Assembly (NCBI GenBank): GCA_964625945.1
Contig: CAZVDP010000015.1
Location: 202,542 to 266,541 of the forward strand
From: an uncultured Dehalococcoidia bacterium
GTDB lineage: Bacteria; Chloroflexota; Dehalococcoidia; Lucifugimonadales; UBA1127
DNA length: 64,000 nucleotides
Direction of reading: 5' to 3'
Position numbers and translations under genes: made by a program. Position 1 is the first letter of the stretch; every line of letters starts with the position of its first letter. Shown here in pieces: positions 27,895 through 38,343 of the stretch. A model generated the notes under the pieces. It was not told where the DNA came from and did no database searches. It saw only the letters and a list, made by a program, of their open reading frames with translations.

Positions 27895-29028
27895 CTATTT
27901 CGGCGCCGCGAAGGCAAGCACACGAGACGGGTTATCTATTAACAGCATCCTGATGTGCTTCTCACTGACGCCTCGATTCCTCAAAAAGGGTACAAATTTC
28001 TCTAGTATGAAACTATATCCGGTCCCTCCGTATGTCTTTAGGTCGATCTTGGTATAAACATCCTGAGAGAGCAAGATTCGATCACCAAACCCTGCGTCAA
28101 TTAACTTTGGTACTGCTTCCCCGACTAATATTGTTGTAGCACCCTGTGGCTTAGTTGGACCAGGCCCACGAACCGGCGGGATTCGTGAGATCGGAGCACC
28201 TACCCTACCTAAAAGATCAAACTGAATGTAAGCCCCCATCTCAAGCTGTTCGATTAGGAATGGAATATCGTCAGCGTACCCGTCGCTATGACCAAAGATC
28301 ACACGATCCATGTTCACGCCTTCTTCTCCAAGAATCGCTGCGACCTGGAGTCGCTCCCGATCTGTTCCTCCATAGTGAAGAGAGATTGCCGCACCGGTAG
28401 AAAGACTTGCCCAAGCAGACGCTTTCAAACTCTTTAACTCATTGCTAGTTAAAGGCCCACCGTCAATACCTATCTCCCCGATTATTCCCGAACGAACTCC
28501 CGTCTCTCCGACACCAACCGTAATATCCCGAACGATCTCGTCCGTAAGACCTTCTACTGTCCTCTGATCCATATCAGGCGGGTGGAAGCGCTTCGCATAC
28601 CATCCCGACCCCATGACCAAGTTGACTCCTGTTTCGACCGCCACCCTTCTCAACGCCAGAGGATCACGCCCAATTCCAATATTGGTGACATCAACAATCG
28701 TATTGCCGCCCCAACTCTTGAAATCAAACACTTCTTTCACTGCAATTCGTATATCCGAGATGATCGCACTGTCCTTATTTCTAAGGCCCCTTTCTCGAAC
28801 GAGATGAACATTTTCAAGCGTCAATTTTTCATCCCAGAACGCCACTTCAGTAGCTGGCGTGTTGTAGGGGGGGCCCATGGTCAAGCCATTAGTAAAATCT
28901 ATAAAAATATGCTCATGCATGACAGTTGCCCCTAGTTGCGCGGCGTCTATTGGTCCAGTCACTGTCATAGCCTTCCCTACCATATCGACCCTTTCAAGGG
29001 CTTCTGAATCCGATGGGGTCTTTCCCAT
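27895..29028 (-). CDS. Phosphotriesterase-related (PTE/PLL family) amidohydrolase-fold protein
   Basis: First metal motif VMHEHIFIDF (HxH), later FGHSDGY and LLSQDV. Size fits the PTE family. Confidence 0.75.
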   Translation of the reverse strand: MGKTPSDSEALERVDMVGKAMTVTGPIDAAQLGATVMHEHIFIDFTNGLTMGPPYNTPATEVAFWDEKLTLENVHLVRERGLRNKDSAIISDIRIAVKEVFDFKSWGGNTIVDVTNIGIGRDPLALRRVAVETGVNLVMGSGWYAKRFHPPDMDQRTVEGLTDEIVRDITVGVGETGVRSGIIGEIGIDGGPLTSNELKSLKASAWASLSTGAAISLHYGGTDRERLQVAAILGEEGVNMDRVIFGHSDGYADDIPFLIEQLEMGAYIQFDLLGRVGAPISRIPPVRGPGPTKPQGATTILVGEAVPKLIDAGFGDRILLSQDVYTKIDLKTYGGTGYSFILEKFVPFLRNRGVSEKHIRMLLIDNPSRVLAFAAPK

Positions 29029-29145
29029 TACACTAACCTCCTATCGACACATCAATTTTACGCAAGCACCATTCAACGATACTACCGAGTAAGCAAATCC
29101 CTGTCTTCCGCTGTCATGCTCCCTGGATAAGGCACAGTGTATTAA

Positions 29146-30594
29146 CTAGGCGACTTTTTTCGCATAAGCTTTCAGCATGTGTACGTGTGAAAGTTCGCAT
29201 TCAATCAACCCTCCAACAACATCTGATCCATCTATAACGAAGTATTCATCCCCAGACGGACCGACGCCGCCGCCGCCCACACCAACACTACGAACCATCG
29301 GTAATCCAAGGTCATTCTTATACAGAGACCAAGGGCCGCCGCCGCCACTATAGGGAGCGATAATCAACGGGACTTCCATTTCCTCGAAAGCCTCTACAAC
29401 TGCCTGGACTAATTCGCTTTCAGTGCCGGTCTGTGAAGAGTCGTTTGCAGCTAAAACCTCCAACTCGAGATCTCCAAAACCTTCGGCCTCCAAGTGATCC
29501 CGAATTTGCTTAATTACCTTGTCTACACTGAACCCACGCGGCACTCTTATGTCGAATCTAGCGGCCGCAGTATTGGGCAATGTAAACGGCATGGTTCCTA
29601 CACCCATGAGTCCAGCCCTCAGGCTATTGATGTTGAAACTAGGCCCATAAAAATAGTTGAGCACTGTCTCGTCTTCACCAAGATCGCCTGCTGGAGCTTT
29701 GATAGCAGCAACCCCAGGTAGCACTTGATTCCAACTGCCTCCACCCATCGCACTCCGGAAATCAAACGCAGCCTTTCTTTCCTCTTCATTAGGAGGGATC
29801 AGATCATCGTAAAAGCCTTTAATGGTTATATCATTCCCATTTTTACCAGTTAACGTAGCCAAAGCCTGAACTAATCGCCAAGACGGACTGTCTACAACGG
29901 ATTTAGTCATTCCGTGAGCAGGCGCTCCTTGAGGACCCCTACCCCATTTTTCGCCGCTACAAATTAAATCCGCATATATCATCCCTTTGAATCCAAGGCT
30001 CATGAGAGCACGTCCTTGTCCATCCTGAGAAGCTCCCGGGCTGAAGCTAGCTTTAGCCGTGGCCAACCTTGGGCGATACTCCTCATACATCTGTGGCCAT
30101 GTTGGACTACCCAAGATCTCATCACCTTCTAACAGAAACATGACGTTGAAAGGAAGCTCGCCTTCAACAGCGTTGATAGCCTCCAGAGCGTTTAGCCATG
30201 CAATATAAGAACCTTTCGAAGGCGCACCTCTGCCAACTAGAACTCTAGAAAACGGTCCCATTGGAGTCAGAGCCCCGCTCCAAGGCGAGTGGTCCCATTT
30301 TTCATGCGGTGCGACTGGCCTTGTATCAAAATTCCCGTATACAACGATGGTATCTTCCGCACCGGCATCGTAATAAGCCCAAACACCGGGAAGATCAGGG
30401 TCTCCTACAAGCTTCGCCTCCGTGCAACCCATCTCCTTGTGTATCTCAACCAGTAACTCGGCACATTCCCTTACTCCATTGTTCTCCGTAGATACACTCG
30501 GCCGCTGAACTACACTTTGTATACGCTGAATATGCCTATCTTTGTTTTCTTCTAGATAAGCCCTAATTTTCTCTAAGCCCGTTCCTATACGCAT
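29146..30594 (-). CDS. M20-family peptidase/deacylase homologue (metal ligands partly substituted)
   Basis: IVVYGNFDTRP, VGRGAPSKGS and LLEGDEILGS line up with the M20 motifs GHxDvxP, GRGasDDKG and EGeEEiGS. Confidence 0.65.
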   Translation of the reverse strand: MRIGTGLEKIRAYLEENKDRHIQRIQSVVQRPSVSTENNGVRECAELLVEIHKEMGCTEAKLVGDPDLPGVWAYYDAGAEDTIVVYGNFDTRPVAPHEKWDHSPWSGALTPMGPFSRVLVGRGAPSKGSYIAWLNALEAINAVEGELPFNVMFLLEGDEILGSPTWPQMYEEYRPRLATAKASFSPGASQDGQGRALMSLGFKGMIYADLICSGEKWGRGPQGAPAHGMTKSVVDSPSWRLVQALATLTGKNGNDITIKGFYDDLIPPNEEERKAAFDFRSAMGGGSWNQVLPGVAAIKAPAGDLGEDETVLNYFYGPSFNINSLRAGLMGVGTMPFTLPNTAAARFDIRVPRGFSVDKVIKQIRDHLEAEGFGDLELEVLAANDSSQTGTESELVQAVVEAFEEMEVPLIIAPYSGGGGPWSLYKNDLGLPMVRSVGVGGGGVGPSGDEYFVIDGSDVVGGLIECELSHVHMLKAYAKKVA

Positions 30595-30605
30595 ATCTCT
30601 CCCCT

Positions 30606-31877
30606 TTAATCAGATTCTGCCATAGCCGGAACCGCCGGAACAATTTGGCCTTTCTTGATGACCACCCTCATATCCCGCAAAGCCCGAATATCCTTGAGTG
30701 GATCTTGATCAACAACCACAATATCTGCTTCTTTTCCTGGTTCTATGGTCCCCACAACGTCTCCTAGTCCTACTGAACGTGCAGCTTCAACTGTCGCAGA
30801 ACGTATCACATCCATAGGAGACATCCCAGCTTCCACTTGAAGCTCAAGACCCAAACAGTAATCACCGAATGCTTGAATCGCATCGGTCCCCGCAACTATA
30901 GTGACTCCCCAGTCCGACCATAATTTTCCTAGAAACTCTATCTGACTCTCACATTTCGCGTGCGTGCTCTCAAGGCGACGTTCCTCGGATTTGCTCAAAA
31001 AACCATCCCGTTCCTTTAATGCTAGCAGTTTCTCTCGGCGTCGATACCCGGTTTGGACTGTAGGGCTAATGACCACCCCTTGCCTAGCAATCCGCTCAGC
31101 AACCCGCGGCTCGAACTTGTAAGAACCGCTCATATCAATAAATGATGCGTGTTCAATCGAATCCACCCCTGCATCCAAAGCATTTACTATGCTCTGCGTA
31201 GCCAAACAATGCGCAGTAGTAGGCTTCCCTAAACTGTGTGCCTCATCCACGATCGCGCGTAATTCTTCCACAGTATAGGATGGCAATCGATTATCTGTTC
31301 CTGCGGTCCCCCCTCCCGAAGCCATGATCTTGATGAAATCCGCTCCATCTCTAACAAGTTGACGTACGGCCTTTCGTACTGCATCAACTCCGTCCGCCTC
31401 TTGATTGCACCACCAAAAATGGCCTCCCGTCATAGTGACTGGTCTACCACTGAGGAGGAGGCGCGGAGCAACCGATAGGCCTTGCTCGACGCCTCTTCGC
31501 AAATCAAAGGTAATATTGTTCCGAGCTCCGCAATCTCTTAGCGCTGTGACACCTGCATTAAGGTGAACGTGCGCGTTGCGTGCCGCCCGTAGTAGCATCG
31601 TTTCATCTGAGTCTCTTTCTATTACCTCTTCATAAGTTCCTTCACCATGACCAAACATTAAATGCGTATGCGCATCAATAAGCCCTGGAAGCACGTACGC
31701 GTCCCCGTAGTCGATTTCCCGTACGTCAGGTCCCCGCGGCACTTCCATTTCTTCAGCAGTGCCTACAGCTACAATGAGTGGCCCTTTAAGTACGACTACA
31801 GCATTTCGTATCGGAGAAGCACTTTTCCCATCAATAAGTGAGTTAGATCGAATAACGGTGGTTCCCGGATTGTTCAT
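30606..31877 (-). CDS. Metal-dependent amidohydrolase (imidazolonepropionase/prolidase-like subgroup)
   Basis: GLIDAHTHL (HxH), TAHC, VAGTDA. Its ATG shares one nucleotide with the upstream amidase stop (TAATG at 31875-31879). Confidence 0.8.
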   Translation of the reverse strand: MNNPGTTVIRSNSLIDGKSASPIRNAVVVLKGPLIVAVGTAEEMEVPRGPDVREIDYGDAYVLPGLIDAHTHLMFGHGEGTYEEVIERDSDETMLLRAARNAHVHLNAGVTALRDCGARNNITFDLRRGVEQGLSVAPRLLLSGRPVTMTGGHFWWCNQEADGVDAVRKAVRQLVRDGADFIKIMASGGGTAGTDNRLPSYTVEELRAIVDEAHSLGKPTTAHCLATQSIVNALDAGVDSIEHASFIDMSGSYKFEPRVAERIARQGVVISPTVQTGYRRREKLLALKERDGFLSKSEERRLESTHAKCESQIEFLGKLWSDWGVTIVAGTDAIQAFGDYCLGLELQVEAGMSPMDVIRSATVEAARSVGLGDVVGTIEPGKEADIVVVDQDPLKDIRALRDMRVVIKKGQIVPAVPAMAESD

Positions 31878-33316
31878 TAGCCTACCTCCAATTTGCCCTG
31901 AAGCAGATTTGGCTTAAACTGTCTCCAGTTTGTCATCCCTTCGTATGCGTAAGCTGCGCGTAAGACAGCGCCGTCGTCCAGATATCTGCCAGCTAGTTGT
32001 ATGCCTGTGGGAAGTCCTTCCCGACTGAAACCGGCAGGCAGAGAGATTGCGGGAGACCCTGTAAGATTGAATAGACCCGTGTGCCTCGTTAAGACGTTCC
32101 CAACCGGAACTTCTCGTTCTTTGATCAGTATCGTATCTTGGGAGATTAGTGGCGCAGGGATAGCAACCATCGGAAGCACGAGCAGATCAACATCCAGGAA
32201 AGTTGCAACCAATCTCTGAGCCAAAACTCGACGAACTTGTTGTGCTCTGATATATTCGCCCGCTCCTATCAATATTCCCGAAGCCAAACGAGAGAATACC
32301 CCACTACTATAAGCATTGCTCTGCGTCTTGATAGCCTCACGGTGTATGACCGCGGCCTCTGCAGAAATTATCGCCGTATTCACGGCCTGAGCATACTCGC
32401 CTCCGGGAATCACAATCTCTCTTTTTAGGATCGCTCCCAATTCTTCAAATACCTTTAACGCCTGATGAAAATTCTCGTGAACATCGTCGTCCAGATTACG
32501 TAACCAAGCCCCACCCAAGACACCGATCTTCCAACCCTTCAGACTCTTCCCTAAGTCATCCAAGTAGTTACGAGATCGAACTTTGATTGAACCAGGGTCT
32601 AATGGGTCGTGCCCAGCAATCTCTTGAAGCACTAGAGCAGCGTCAGCTACGGTCTTAGTCATCGGCCCAGCATGATCCAGAGACCATGACAAAGGATATA
32701 CACCCCTTCGGCTAACCAAGCCAAAACTGGGCTTAAATCCAATGATGCCGCAGAGACACGCCGGGATCCGAATTGATCCGCCGGAGTCTGAACCCAGTGC
32801 AGCCAGGCAAAGATCAGCTGCCACTGCCACACCCGAACCTCCGCTCGATCCTCCTGGGATTCGATTCACTTCCCAAGGGTTACGAGCCGCCCCAAAAAAC
32901 GGGTTAACATTGGTCACGCCAAAGGCATACTCATGTAAGTTAAGTTTTCCAGTAAAAATCGCCCCTGCTCGGCGAAGTCTATGGACTACCATCGAATCTT
33001 CCTCAGCGTCCAAGGATTTCCGCAGGTTGCCGCCAGCAGTTGTAGGGATTCCGCTCACGTTAAATAGGTCTTTGAGCGCTATAGGAACACCGTGTAATGC
33101 GCTACGATAACGACCTCGCATTATCTCTGATTCAGCAAAACGAGCTTGTGCACGTGCTTCATCTTCGGTGACTGAAATGTACGCGTTGAGGGAGCCATCT
33201 AACAGCCGAATCCGCTGCAAGATTTCGTCTGTCAATTCCACAGGAGACAGTCGGCGAGTGGCAATCTCTTGCGCGGCTTCCATCACTGTCAGAACTGACA
33301 GATCCTTGTCCACCAT
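31877..33316 (-). CDS. Amidase-signature (GatA-like) amidase
   Basis: Amidase signature GGSSGGSGVAVAA...GSDSGGSIRIPA, with the upstream Lys in IALKDL. 479 aa. Confidence 0.88.
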   Translation of the reverse strand: MVDKDLSVLTVMEAAQEIATRRLSPVELTDEILQRIRLLDGSLNAYISVTEDEARAQARFAESEIMRGRYRSALHGVPIALKDLFNVSGIPTTAGGNLRKSLDAEEDSMVVHRLRRAGAIFTGKLNLHEYAFGVTNVNPFFGAARNPWEVNRIPGGSSGGSGVAVAADLCLAALGSDSGGSIRIPACLCGIIGFKPSFGLVSRRGVYPLSWSLDHAGPMTKTVADAALVLQEIAGHDPLDPGSIKVRSRNYLDDLGKSLKGWKIGVLGGAWLRNLDDDVHENFHQALKVFEELGAILKREIVIPGGEYAQAVNTAIISAEAAVIHREAIKTQSNAYSSGVFSRLASGILIGAGEYIRAQQVRRVLAQRLVATFLDVDLLVLPMVAIPAPLISQDTILIKEREVPVGNVLTRHTGLFNLTGSPAISLPAGFSREGLPTGIQLAGRYLDDGAVLRAAYAYEGMTNWRQFKPNLLQGKLEVG

Positions 33317-33470
33317 ACGTTACCTCTCTCCTAATCTCTGTATCACGCCATCCCTATCGGATAAGAGGCCCGAGCATCGATCTGTGATCGACTATCAACA
33401 CATCGCTAGTCCGAAGTATCGTCCAAATACTACTTAGATAGGACAGGCCTCACCAAGGAAAACTCCCGCT

Positions 33471-35222
33471 TTAGTCCTCATCCTCTAACGTTGATGTATC
33501 CCCCAGGGGGAGCCCGAGTTCTTGAGCCTTAAGTAATCGACGCATGATTTTGCCGCTCCTCGTCTTCGGGAGAGATGGTCGGAATTCTAGAGCACGTGGG
33601 GCTATGCTCTGTAAGCGGTCTCTCCCAAACCGAATTAGTTCCCTGCGTAGTTCCGGAGATTCCTGGTATCCATCCTTAAGACTCACAAATGCCTTCACTA
33701 TCTCCATGGCGATCGGATCTGGCACACCAATTACAGCAGCTTCAGCGACAGCGGGATGCTCAACGAGCATGCTCTCGACTTCGAACGGACCAACCAGATG
33801 ACCTGCGGTGTTAATGACATCATCGATGCGTCCAACAAACCAGAAATATCCGTCTTCATCCTGCCGAGCCTGATCTCCTGAGATATACCAGCCCTTACGA
33901 AATCGCGAATTGTAGAGCTCTTCATTTTTCCAATATGTATGGAACATTGAAGGCCAGCCCGGGCGAACGGCAAGACTCCCTTCTACTCCAGTCGAAATAC
34001 GGTTATAGTCTGCGTCAAGAATCGCAGCCTCAATGCCTGGCAAGGGTCGTCCCATAGAACCAGGCCGAACATCCATCGAAGCATAGTTCGCGATGAGTAT
34101 CGCTCCTGTCTCTGTCTGCCACCAATTGTCATGAATCGCTTGATCGAATACCCTAGTCCCCCAAATTACTGCCTCAGGATTTAACGGCTCTCCAACACTA
34201 TTAATATGGCGCAGACTAGATAAGTCAAACCGGCCAGGAATCTCATCGCCTGCTTTCATCAACATCCGGATCGCGGTAGGGGCGGTATACCATACAGTAA
34301 CCTTGTGCTTCTGTATTTGCTCATACCATGCTTGTGCCCCGAATCCTCCCTCATATATCAACTGCGTAACTCCATTCGACCAGGGAGCGAACATCCCGTA
34401 AGATGTCCCCGTGACCCACCCAGGATCGGCGGTACACCAGTAAATATCATCCTCATGGAAATCCAAGACCCACTTCCCTGTTAGGTATTGCTGAAGAATA
34501 GCAAGATGTCGGTGGACAGCGCCTTTGGGTTTACCGGTTGTGCCGGAGGTATAGTGCATGATCGAGTAATCGTTCATGGAAGTCGCAGTAGTTTCATGAT
34601 CAACAGACGCACTAACCATAAGCTCGTCATAACTTAAGTCACCTTCAACAATGGGATCTTGATACCGACCCAACTTATTTATAACAATGATGTGCTTGAG
34701 TTCAGGCAATTCACCAAGGACTCCTTCAATTTTTCGACGAAGATCAGGCTGAGTCACCAAAGCAACAGCCCCACTGTCCGAAAGTCGATCTCTCACGGGA
34801 TCAGCGCCAAAAGCAGAGAACAACGGACCGGCGATACCGCCCATCTTCAGGACTCCGAACAGAGCAAAATACAACTCCGGAATCCGCTCCAAAAAAAGAA
34901 ATACCCGATCTCCTTTGCAGATACCTAATCCTTCGAGAACGTTCGCAAACTTGTTGCTCTGATCCCGGAACTCCGAGAACGTATAGCTTTCTTGTTCTCC
35001 GTTCTTTCCTTCCCATATGAAAGCCACCTTGTCACCTTTACCCTCTGCACAATGCCGATCAATGCACTCATGCGCCTTATTTAGGTGTCCTTCAGGCAGC
35101 CAGTCCAACTGATCATAAACATCTCCCCAATCAAAATTTTTCCTGACTTGCTCGACATCAAGCAAATTCGGTTTCACAGTCATCTGATCAGTATGTTTCT
35201 TTCTAATAGTTTCGTGTGCCAT
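33471..35222 (-). CDS. AMP-forming acetyl/acyl-CoA synthetase
   Basis: YTSGTTGKPKG, GYFWFVGRIDDVIN, PKTRSGKIMRR. ATG 35222 (MAHETIRKK) is preceded by GGGAGG with a 4-nt spacer. The tracked start at 35318 is probably over-extended. Confidence 0.85.
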   Translation of the reverse strand: MAHETIRKKHTDQMTVKPNLLDVEQVRKNFDWGDVYDQLDWLPEGHLNKAHECIDRHCAEGKGDKVAFIWEGKNGEQESYTFSEFRDQSNKFANVLEGLGICKGDRVFLFLERIPELYFALFGVLKMGGIAGPLFSAFGADPVRDRLSDSGAVALVTQPDLRRKIEGVLGELPELKHIIVINKLGRYQDPIVEGDLSYDELMVSASVDHETTATSMNDYSIMHYTSGTTGKPKGAVHRHLAILQQYLTGKWVLDFHEDDIYWCTADPGWVTGTSYGMFAPWSNGVTQLIYEGGFGAQAWYEQIQKHKVTVWYTAPTAIRMLMKAGDEIPGRFDLSSLRHINSVGEPLNPEAVIWGTRVFDQAIHDNWWQTETGAILIANYASMDVRPGSMGRPLPGIEAAILDADYNRISTGVEGSLAVRPGWPSMFHTYWKNEELYNSRFRKGWYISGDQARQDEDGYFWFVGRIDDVINTAGHLVGPFEVESMLVEHPAVAEAAVIGVPDPIAMEIVKAFVSLKDGYQESPELRRELIRFGRDRLQSIAPRALEFRPSLPKTRSGKIMRRLLKAQELGLPLGDTSTLEDED

Positions 35223-35326
35223 TCTGCCTCCCAATAGATCGAAAATTGCGCATATCTGGCTCGGCACCTTAAATCTAGCGATGGACGCGGCAGCCGTCAA
35301 CAGCTTTAATATCACCACTATCCAGA

Positions 35327-35355
35327 TTGACGATGATCGTCACGCATGATAAATT
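35327..35355 (+). promoter_or_regulatory. Putative sigma70-type promoter of the pyrophosphatase gene, with an overlapping palindrome
   Basis: TTGACG (35327-35332), a 17-nt spacer, TGa-TAAATT (extended -10, hexamer 35350-35355), about 40 nt upstream of TTG 35395. GACGATgATCGTC (35329-35341) is a perfect 6-1-6 inverted repeat overlapping the -35 element. Confidence 0.35.
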
Positions 35356-35394
35356 GCCTGAAGGTTTTCGTATTTTCATGCCTGAGGTGCTACC

Positions 35395-37413
35395 TTGACC
35401 ACCATTACGTTATCCATAGCTGCTTCGGCACTAGCACTACTGAGCGCAATACTTCTTACCGTCCGAGTTATCAAGGCGGACCAAGGAGATAGCGCCATGC
35501 GTGAGATCGCAGTGGCCATTCAAGAAGGTGCAAATGCCTTCCTCCGAAGAGAATACGTAACCTTAGCTATCTTCGTGACCATCATCGCCATCATCCTCGC
35601 ACTAATCCCAAGCATCGGGTGGGAAACGTCGATAGCATACTTAATAGGAGCCGCAGCATCAGCCTTAGCAGGATTCCTAGGAATGAACGTGGCAGTCAGA
35701 GCGAACGTACGTACTACCGCAGCCGCGCACCATGGACTAAACCCAGCATTGAGAGTCGCATTTTCTAGTGGTGCCGTCATGGGTCTCACTGTCGTTGGTT
35801 TAGGTCTTCTCGGTGTAACCGTCCTTTACGTCGTCTTCGATGATTTCAGTGTCCAATTCCTTCCTGGATTTAGTTTTGGCGCATCAAGCATCGCTCTTTT
35901 CGCACGCGTTGGGGGAGGCATTTTCACCAAAGCGGCGGACGTTGGTGCCGATCTGGTTGGGAAAGTTGAACAGGGAATCCCTGAAGACGATCCGAGGAAC
36001 CCTGCTACGATCGCAGACAACGTCGGGGATAACGTTGGAGACGTCGCCGGTATGGGGGCAGACCTCTTCGAATCTTATGTAGGCTCAATCATTGCTGCTA
36101 TGGCGATCGCAGTCGGTTCGGCTGCTATTGTAGTAAGCGACGTCGGCAACGCGTATCTGGTTCTCCCTCTCGCATTAGCAGCAACAGGGATTGTCGCCTC
36201 CATCCTAGGAACCTTTGCTGTCAGGACTTCTGAGCAAGCTACGTTTAGCAATCTTCTTTGGGCTTTACGTAGAGGGATCTTCGCTGCGGCAATTTTAGTC
36301 GCGGTCGCCGCATGGTTCCTCGTACAATCCTTGAACGTAGATGTTCATATCTATTGGGCCATCATCGTTGGACTCGCTTCAGGGGTGGTCATCGGGTTAG
36401 TAACAGAATTTTTCACCTCTTACGATTATTTCCCCACTAAGCGGATAGCAGAGTCTGCACAAACAGGTCCCGCAACAGTCATCATTGCAGGAATTGCTAC
36501 TGGAATGCAAAGTACGCTGGTTCCTACATTCGTGGTGGTCCTAGCCATCATTGCGGGATTCACGCTTGGAGCAGAAGTAGGCCCAGGGATGGGTTTCTAT
36601 GGAGTCGCAATCGCTGCCGTAGGGATGCTCTCCACATTGGGTATCACTCTGGCAACTGCTGCCTATGGGCCCGTCGCTGACAATGCAGGTGGGATTGCCG
36701 AACAAGCCCATCGCCCATCAGAAGTACGAGACCGGACCGACGCCTTAGATGCTCTTGGCAATACTACTGCAGCCACAGGTAAGGGGTTTGCGATCGGATC
36801 GGCCGCATTGACGGCTCTTGCGTTGATGGCCGCCTACTCTCAAGCAGCCGATCTGGAGATTATCAACTTACTCGAATACAACACTCTAGCAGGGGCCCTC
36901 ATTGGAGCAATGCTACCCTTTATTTTCTGTGCTTTGACCATGCAAGCAGTTGGAAGAGCAGCTTACGCCATCGTAAATGAAGTGCGCCGCCAATTCCGGG
37001 AAATCCCAGGGATAATGGACGGAACAACGAAGCCCGAATACGCGCTATGTGTAGACCTTAGCACTCGAGGTGCTCTGCGTGAAATGATCCTGCCAGGAGT
37101 AATGGCGGTAGCCGCACCAATATTAGTTGGCCTGTTCCTTGGAGCAGAAGCTTTAGGGGGCTTACTTATAGGTGCCATTATCACCGGTTTTCTTGTAGCG
37201 ATAACTATGGCAAATGCCGGTGGAGCTTGGGATAACGCGAAGAAATTCATAGAACGTGGCGAGTACGGAGGCAAGGGATCCGATTCACACAAGGCGGCCG
37301 TGGTAGGAGATACTGTCGGCGATCCATTCAAGGACACTTCAGGACCGTCGCTGAACATCCTGCTCAAGCTGATGTCGATAGTGGCTCTCGTCTTTGCACC
37401 ACTATTCAGTTAG
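35395..37413 (+). CDS. hppA: Membrane-bound H+/Na+-translocating pyrophosphatase
   Basis: 672 aa and polytopic. Signature motifs [20 protein letters not shown] and [26 protein letters not shown] lies 5 nt before the TTG start. Confidence 0.93.
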   Translation: MTTITLSIAASALALLSAILLTVRVIKADQGDSAMREIAVAIQEGANAFLRREYVTLAIFVTIIAIILALIPSIGWETSIAYLIGAAASALAGFLGMNVAVRANVRTTAAAHHGLNPALRVAFSSGAVMGLTVVGLGLLGVTVLYVVFDDFSVQFLPGFSFGASSIALFARVGGGIFTKAADVGADLVGKVEQGIPEDDPRNPATIADNVGDNVGDVAGMGADLFESYVGSIIAAMAIAVGSAAIVVSDVGNAYLVLPLALAATGIVASILGTFAVRTSEQATFSNLLWALRRGIFAAAILVAVAAWFLVQSLNVDVHIYWAIIVGLASGVVIGLVTEFFTSYDYFPTKRIAESAQTGPATVIIAGIATGMQSTLVPTFVVVLAIIAGFTLGAEVGPGMGFYGVAIAAVGMLSTLGITLATAAYGPVADNAGGIAEQAHRPSEVRDRTDALDALGNTTAATGKGFAIGSAALTALALMAAYSQAADLEIINLLEYNTLAGALIGAMLPFIFCALTMQAVGRAAYAIVNEVRRQFREIPGIMDGTTKPEYALCVDLSTRGALREMILPGVMAVAAPILVGLFLGAEALGGLLIGAIITGFLVAITMANAGGAWDNAKKFIERGEYGGKGSDSHKAAVVGDTVGDPFKDTSGPSLNILLKLMSIVALVFAPLFS

Positions 37414-37533
37414 ACAACTTATCCACACACCTAGTTACCTGATACCTCCTGAAGAGGGTAGCGTATTCTCCCGTCCTCCAACAGGTCTCGCCGTTTAATG
37501 ATTCATTCTCAAGCATCAGGGTGAGACAGAAAT

Positions 37534-38343
37534 CTAACCTAACGAGACTTCTTCACGGTGCAGATCAGTAATGAACATGCTGCCAGGCGCATGCGTAATC
37601 ATAAGATCAACCCCTGATGCCAATGCAACTGCCTGAGGAGTAATGCCGCACCCCCAGAAAAGAGGAAGCTCACCAGGACGAACATCCACTGGGTCGCCAA
37701 AATCGGGTTTCTGAAGGTCCTTAATGCCTATCTGAGATGGATCACCCATGTGCACTGGAGCGCCGTGAACACGCGGATACCGACTTGTAACTTGGACAGC
37801 TTGCACCGCTTGAGCTGGTTCCATTGGACGCATTGTGACAACCATCGGACCATGGAAGATCCCCGCAGGAACACATTCTATGCTAGTTACAAACGCCGTA
37901 AAGGTTGGCGTATCACTTTCGAGCCCTCTAACTGGCAATCCTGCATCGACCATTGCGCCCTCAAAGGTGAAACTACACCCAAGTAGGAATCCAACAAAGT
38001 CGTCCTTCCAGTGGTTGGTGATATCTGTTACCTCTTCTACTAGCTTCCCGCGCTTGAATATCCGATATCGAGGAACATCAGTCCTTAGGTCCGCCCCAGG
38101 AGTAGTCAGTTTTGGTTCCGGATCGCCAACATCCGTTACTTCAAGTAGCGGGCATGGCTTCGGGTTACGCATACAAAAACGGAGGAAATCAAAAGCATAA
38201 GCCTTCGGAAGGATGACAACGTTAGTCTGCGTATACTTCGGGACTAAGTTCGCTGTATACCCCGTCCAATTGCCCTCACGGATCACTCGCCTGACTTCAC
38301 GAGGATCGCGTTCTTGATACAGTGGATGATCCTGTTGAGACAT
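37534..38343 (-). CDS. DUF1445 / UPF0317 putative hydro-lyase (D-glutamate cyclase-like)
   Basis: The translation from ATG 38343 (MSQQDHPLYQ...GNWTGYTANLVPKYTQTNVVILP...FCMRNPKPCPLLEV...VHGAPVHMGDP...FWGCGITPQ) matches this family closely from memory. The tracked 5' extension to 38520 looks non-coding. Confidence 0.82.
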   Translation of the reverse strand: MSQQDHPLYQERDPREVRRVIREGNWTGYTANLVPKYTQTNVVILPKAYAFDFLRFCMRNPKPCPLLEVTDVGDPEPKLTTPGADLRTDVPRYRIFKRGKLVEEVTDITNHWKDDFVGFLLGCSFTFEGAMVDAGLPVRGLESDTPTFTAFVTSIECVPAGIFHGPMVVTMRPMEPAQAVQAVQVTSRYPRVHGAPVHMGDPSQIGIKDLQKPDFGDPVDVRPGELPLFWGCGITPQAVALASGVDLMITHAPGSMFITDLHREEVSLG

